The translations under genes were made by a program, and so were the position numbers. A model generated the notes under the pieces. It was given only the letters and a program-made list of their open reading frames with translations. It was not told the origin of the DNA and did no database searches. A stretch of DNA of 57,088 nt, from positions 28,570,684 to 28,627,771 of the forward strand of contig NC_057727.1 of NCBI RefSeq assembly GCF_004010195.1, read 5' to 3'. Below are positions 51,330-57,088 of the stretch, piece after piece; position 1 is the first letter of the stretch; each line of letters opens with the position of its first letter. This DNA comes from Chiloscyllium plagiosum (Eukaryota).

Positions 51330-52070
51330 CCAACCCCCATCTTGTCCCCGGTTGCTTGGCAACAGCACTTTTGCCCACTGTAACTCTAGGCCGATTGGGA
51401 TTCAGATGCCTCTGCCCTTCGGGAGAGGGTTCGATGCTTGGAGATGGGAGGGGTGGCATTTTCCATTCCTCGCCCCCCCCTTTCCTAAACCAGGGATGAT
51501 GTTCAAATGAAGCGAGAGAGGACACCTGAAAGCGCGCTCCCGTCACCCCGGCCGTGAGCGTCCTCCTCCTCACACGAGCGCGCCCCTTATCTCTGTCACA
51601 CGAGCTCGCGCCCTGTACCATCGAGCGCGCTTTCTCAACGTCTCCCCACGCGCCCGCATCCCCCAAATACCTCCCGACCCCGCACCTCCCACCATCTCGC
51701 GCGCACCCTCAGTCGCCGCTCGAGCCCAGTGTGCAGCTCATCCCTGCTCCGCTCCACTGCTCGCACGGTTCCTGTCAAAGTCAGGCCGACAGCAGCGGCC
51801 GGGGGCCGGCAGAGAGAGGGATACAGGGACAGGGGCGCACCGAGCCAACAACGATGAAACCCGTCGGCTAAACACCAACGGAGCCCGGATGTTACACAAT
51901 GATGCTGGATAAAAAAACGGAGGGAAACGAAATAGCGGCCGCTGTTTGACTATCATGGGGGTCTGGGGAAGAAAAGCCGCCTCGTCATTTCATTTTTAGT
52001 AAATTTATTTTTCGATGCAATACGAAAGTGGCGAGAATGTATGAATTAAAGGAGCCCTACGAAGGCAAGT
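51330..52070 (+). promoter_or_regulatory. CpG island, probable CACNA1D promoter and 5' UTR
   Basis: GC- and CpG-rich (GCGCGC runs) immediately upstream of CACNA1D exon 2. Confidence 0.8.
52037..52064 (+). CDS. CACNA1D: Candidate CACNA1D coding exon 1 (MYELKEPYE/G) ending at a GC donor
   Basis: ATG...GAAG|GCAAGT, phase 1 matches exon 2 (G+GA=Gly); resembles the Cav1.2 exon-1 end RMYIPEENHQG; inference only. Confidence 0.5.
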
Positions 52071-52774
52071 GATGTGAGGTTGATTACAGTTGCACAATCG
52101 AGGATGCTGTAGTGACTTTGAAGGTTTTAATTCATATATCTGACATTTGCCCTAAGCTATTTTCTTTCTATTTGATTTACGGTAGATATTTCACTTCTGA
52201 CAAAGGAGCAGAAGAGTCGACCGTTCTTTCGGATTATAGCATAATTCGGTTAAACCTGGTGGTTAATAAACATTTGGATTTTAAATAACTTTTTACTTAA
52301 ACAGTTTTAGTCCATCTAAGATTTAATTATCGCATCATGCTGAATAGGGGGAAACACCCTTGGTTGTGGATATTGCAGACTTCGATTTCAGTATACCTGC
52401 TTCAATGGAATACATTTTGTGACAGTTAATGTGCCAGAAAGATACACACGCCGTCCTCGTCTGTTTAAATAAACACAATTTGTTTCAGATTGGTGTGTAA
52501 GGCAGTGGTGACATGAAGCCTCTGAATGTAGCCTTAAAGTAACCTCGCAATAATGCCAGCTGTTGAACCGTTGTGTTGGATATTTTTGCAGTTTTCACAT
52601 GTTCGCTGTTGTTGGTTTTAAATACAAAATCATGGTGTGTTTACTCTCGACGATTTCAAAAACGGGTTTGTTATTTAGTTTGAAGGATTGCTTTAAAGCA
52701 TTACACCTGGTAAACATACCACCCTTTTAGATGAAAAGGTCACTTCCACATCTGATTATGTCTTTCTTTCACAG

Positions 52775-53087
52775 GAGTAAATTATGCCAGCAACAGACTC
52801 CCTCTATCTAGCGACGGACGGGGTTTCCAGTCAAACTCCGAATTACCCAGGCCAGCAGCACTATCCTGGCAAGCTGCTATTGACGCGGCTAGGCAAGCTA
52901 AAGCTGCCGCAACCATGAACTCGACCACGGAATCCAACAGTGCAGCAGCCCAAAGAAAACGCCAGCAATTCGCCAAGAGCAAGAAGCAGCAGGGCAGTAC
53001 TGTGAATAACAGGCCAGCCCGTGCCCTATTCTGTTTAAATCTCAACAACCCCATAAGAAGAGCATGTATTAGTATTGTAGAATGGAA
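52775..53087 (+). CDS. CACNA1D: Voltage-dependent L-type calcium channel alpha-1D (Cav1.3), exon 2
   Basis: TTTCTTTCACAG|; [14 protein letters not shown]...[16 protein letters not shown]...[13 protein letters not shown]...[26 protein letters not shown]; RLPLS, AKSKK and ALFCL.LNNP are 1D-type rather than 1C-type. Confidence 0.95.
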
Positions 53088-53096
53088 GTATCCTTT
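53088..53096 (+). other. U12-type (minor spliceosome) 5' splice site
   Basis: GTATCCTTT directly after GAATGGAA. Confidence 0.92.
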
Positions 53097-53825
53097 TTCC
53101 TTTGCTCTTTGTCACGCGTATGATGTGCGTAAGAGCTTTAACACAACACCGTGAAAAATCAGAAGCTGCGTGTTCTACTTTTTGAGTATCTTCCTGCAAG
53201 GTCACCGCAGCATTTACATATTGCACATAAAATGCGACTGAATATATAGGATACTGTATTTGCAGGCAAAACGGTAGCAAATCCTCAGCAAAACTAATTC
53301 TAGTGGAAAATATCATTCAGCAAATTACATGTAAGGACAATATGCCATCAGCATTAACCTCAAAGTTTCTTGCATCGTTTTATAAAAATAACAAAATCAG
53401 GGCAAATTGAATGAACTGAATTCAATTGAACAAAGTGTTTTCTTAGGAAATCTATGATACTTCAATAAGCCCAATTACAGTACGTTACGATTGGCTATTT
53501 ATCTGAAGGTGAACTCAAACTTTGGCACGTTGTATCTGGAAAACTTTTCAAGCTCATTCATTATGTATGTTCCATAATAGTGACAAACAAATATGTGTTC
53601 TTGTAAGTTAATTGCGCAACCATAATTTTCTAACTTAAGTAATATTAGAAAATGCTGTAAGTACTCAGAGGTTAGGCAACATGTGTGGAATGAAAAACAG
53701 AGTTAACATTTCAGCTGGATGGATGACCTATCATTAAAACTCAGTACCAAACAACTGATTCCCTGAAATGGATATCTGTTGGCACCAAACATTAGTGCTT
53801 CAATATTTGAAACATTTTACACTTA

Positions 53826-55215
53826 GTCATAGAGTCATAGAGATGTACAGCACGGGAATGAGACCCTTCAGTCCAATTCGTCCAAGCCAACCAGATATCC
53901 CAACCTAATCTAGTTCCATGTGCCAGCACTTGGCCCATATCCCTCTAAACCCTTCCTATTCATATACCCATCCAGATGCCTTGTGGGCGGCACGGTGGCA
54001 CAGTGCCAGAGACCCGGGTTCAATTCCCGCCTCAGGCGACTGACTGTGTGGAGTTTGCACATTCTCCCCGTGTCTGCGTGGGTTTCCTCCGGGTGCTCCG
54101 GTTTCCTCCGGGTGCTCCGGTTTCCTCCCACAGTCCAAAGATGTGCAGGCCAGGTGAATTGGCCATGCTAAATTGCCCGTAGTGTTAGGTAAGGGGTAAA
54201 GGTAGGGGTATGGGTGGGTTGCGCTTCGGCGGGGTGGTGTGGATTTGTTGGGCCGAAGGGCCTGTTTCCACACTGTAAGTAATCTAATCTAATCTAATCT
54301 AAAACTCTTGTAATTGCACCAGCCTCCACGACTTCCTCTGGTACCTCATTCCATACATGCACCACCCTCTGCGTGAAAAAGTGGTCCCTTTTAAATCTTT
54401 CCCCTCTCACCTTAAACCTATGCCTTTTAGTTTTGGACTCACCCACCCCAGGGAAAAGACCTTGTCTATTTACCCTATCTATGCCACTCATGATTTCATA
54501 AACCTCTTTTAGGTCATTTCTCAGCCTCTGACGTTCCAGGGAAAATAGCCCCAGACTATTCAGCCTCTGATTATAGCTCAATGAGTCGATACTGACTATC
54601 TCAATACTCTGCACTGACCAAAAAAGGCAAGCATACCAAACATGTTCTTCACTATCTGATCTGCCTGCAACTTCACTTTCAAGGAACTATGAATGTGGAC
54701 GACAAGGTCTCTTTGTTCAACAACACTCCCCAGGACCTTACCATAAGTCATGCCCATTTGTCATTCCGGAATACAGCACCTCACATTTATCTAAATTAGA
54801 GTGTGTCTGCCACTCCTTGGCCCATTGGCTCATCTGATCAAGATCCTGCTGTACTGCGAGGTAACCTTCATTGCTGTCCACTGCACCTCTCATCTTGGTG
54901 TCATCTGCAAACTTACTAACTATGCCTTCTATGTTCATATCCAAATCATTTATAGAAATGATGAAAAGCAGTGCACCTAGCACTGATCCTTGTCTGAAGG
55001 GCAACCCTCCACCACCGCCCTCTGTCTCCTACCTTTGAATGGTATCCAAATGGCTAGTTCTCCCTGTATTCCATGTGATCTAACCTTGCTAACCAGTCTA
55101 CCATGAGGAACCTTGTTGCATGCCTTAGTGAAATCCATATAGATCACATCCATCACTCTAACGTCATTAATCTTCTTTGTTACTTCGAAAAACTCAATTA
55201 AGTTAGTGAAACACT
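53826..55215 (-). mobile_element. CR1 LINE RT/3' portion interrupted by a SINE
   Basis: MDFTKACNKVPHGRL, QGSVLG.LLF, SKFADDTK; GACTCTATGACT tail. Confidence 0.9.
53985..54301 (+). mobile_element. HE1-like SINE nested in CR1, with a head deletion and an internal tandem duplication
   Basis: Matches 42625-42956; GGGTGCTCCGGTTTCCTCC duplicated; (AATCT)n tail. Confidence 0.9.
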
Positions 55216-55348
55216 TGTATGCTAACAAAATATGTAATCAATTTTAATTGGCCACAAATTTGTTTTCTTTTGCATAATGTTTTCCAAAATTACTTGTAAT
55301 GAAACTACTGTATTTCATGACTCAGAGATTTGAAGGTGAACCCAATCC

Positions 55349-55621
55349 AGATTAGATTACCTACAGTATGGAAACAGGCCCATCAGCCCACACTAACCCT
55401 CCAAAAAGAACCCACCCAGACCTATTCCCCTATCCATCTCTGACTAATGCACCTAACACTATGAGTAATTTAGCATGGGCAATTCACCTGTGGGAGGAAA
55501 CCTGCACATACCCAGGGAGAATGTGCGAACTCCATACAGGCAGACACCCAAGACAGGAATTGAACTCAGGTCCCTGGTATTGTGTGGTAGCAGTGCTAAC
55601 CACTGAGCCACCATGCCACCC
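55349..55621 (-). mobile_element. HE1-like SINE
   Basis: Reverse complement of the SINE head and tail; AGATTAGATT tail. Confidence 0.82.
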
Positions 55622-56825
55622 ACAAACTATCCAGTGATTTAAGATGTTTATGAAAAATTAAAGGATTTTGTTGATCTTCATTAATTATTTAGTTTAATTT
55701 TCATTGAATCAGTGCATTCCTTAACAAGACGTGCAGGCCATTTGATATCTTTATATTGATTGCTATTTTTGCCAATTGTGTGGCCTTAGCTGTTTACATA
55801 CCTTTCCCAGAAGATGACTCAAACTCAACTAATCATGACCTGGTAAGTGCTCTGATTACTTCTACCTAATTACTCCTGTTAGTCTTATTTAAATATAGAT
55901 AGATAAGCAACAGAAGAATCTTACCATGGGCTCAATTCTGCCTAAAAAGGCAACATTACTATTGTGGTCCAATATTCTGGATATAATATTGGATATAATG
56001 TTGCTATCAATGAAAACACCTCTAGATGCACAGATTGTCAAATTTCTTAAGATGGTACAATGTTTTCTTGTGCAGTGCAGTGCAGTGCTCACTTTCTGCA
56101 GACTTGATTGATTTTCATAGACTACACTTATTTTTGTAAAAGGGCAGGTGTATTACAAAGTTTGTGTTTTTCGTTCAGAATTGCAGAATTATACAGTGAA
56201 AAGTGAATTACTTTCCAGTGTTGATATAAACTCTTTTCCTGGTGGTGATAAAGTCTTTATCAATACTGCTGTTAGTATTTAAATATTTGAAGCAGGGAAA
56301 ATGAAGTGTAGTGAAACTATTGTCCACAGTAATTTTCCTAGCATTTTATATTGTACTGCTTCTTGACTTTTCTCCCCAAATCTCATTAATGCATCAAGAT
56401 TGTTTTTCTTTGAACTGATTATGCTTACTTGTTGGTCTGCTAGAGCTGAATAATGAGTTGTAACAGTAATCATGTTGAATAATTTCATTCATAAGTAATT
56501 AATTCATTAATTCCAATCATAAAATAAAGATCAAACAGATAAGCAAGTACTCCAGATATGAGCAATTTGTTTGTGATGGGGAGTCTTAATTGGCATTGTG
56601 ATTGTAGAGGAGCCTTTTGCAGACAATGTTGTACTATTTTCTGTCTGATGTGGTTAGAATTTAAGTTCAGCTTTGATACCAATCAGATGAATAATACTTC
56701 AAAAATTTTTTCCCTTTCCTTTTGCATGTAAAAAAAAGTTTAACTTCTGAATGTACATGTGGCCAAATGAGTAACAATGGTGCTCATCAACATGCAAGCG
56801 TTGCTGGGATGTGGCTACACAATAG

Positions 56826-57088
56826 GTAAAAACAATGACTGCAGATGCTGGAAAACAGATTCTGGATTAGTGGTGCTGGAAGAGCACAGCAGTTCAGGCA
56901 GCATCCAAGGAGCTTCGAAATCGACGTTTCGGGCAAATGCCCTTCATCAGGAATAAAGGCAGTGAGCCTGGAGCGTGGAGAGATAAGCTAGAGGATGTTG
57001 GGGGTGGGGAGAAAGTAGCATAGAGTACAATGGGTGAGTGGGGGAGGGGATGAAGGTGATAGGTCAGGGAGGAGAGGGTGGAGTGGAT
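56826..57088 (-). mobile_element. PLE pseudo-LTR with hammerhead motif (runs off the window)
   Basis: Minus strand CTGATGA-AGGGCATTTGCCC-GAAACGTC at about 56949-56922. Confidence 0.78.

Noticed and set aside
51049-51871. 205-aa and 105-aa ORFs in GC-rich DNA
   Set aside because: Expected in a CpG island; no recognisable domain
1-57088. Prokaryote-type systems such as CRISPR arrays, operons or retrons
   Set aside because: Intron-containing vertebrate DNA; no repeat-spacer array; all RT ORFs belong to eukaryotic retroelements

Overview
Vertebrate genomic DNA, very probably a shark (inferred from HE1-like SINEs and cartilaginous-fish-type CR1, Rex1 and Penelope repeats). Two host genes diverge across the window. 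On the minus strand are coding exons 1 and 2 of an mRNA-decapping factor DCP1, called DCP1A by synteny (20001-19870 and 2352-2312). On the plus strand is exon 2 of the L-type calcium channel CACNA1D/Cav1.3 (52775-53087), followed by a U12-type GTATCCTTT donor, with a CpG-island promoter and a candidate GC-donor first exon. Most of the remainder is degraded CR1, Rex1, Gypsy, SINE and Penelope-like elements (PLEs), the last carrying minimal hammerhead ribozyme motifs and head-to-head inverted structures. The most notable object is a class-I-like endogenous retrovirus (43237-47671: two LTRs, PBS, PPT, gag-MA, RNase H and integrase remnants). Its env position holds an intronless, poly(A)-less RBPMS2 (Hermes) cDNA, apparently flanked by env signal-peptide-like and transmembrane-like remnants. 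This is a candidate retroviral capture of a germline RNA-binding protein gene, about 4 kb upstream of the CACNA1D promoter. Other oddities are a perfect 91-bp inverted templated insertion in DCP1A intron 1, a TSD-flanked palindromic ribozyme mini-element, an orphan CpG-retaining island and a duplicated splice donor. Assembly gaps lie at 7615-8552 and 18693-18714. All homology calls are from recall of protein and repeat families, not database searches, and repeat boundaries are approximate.
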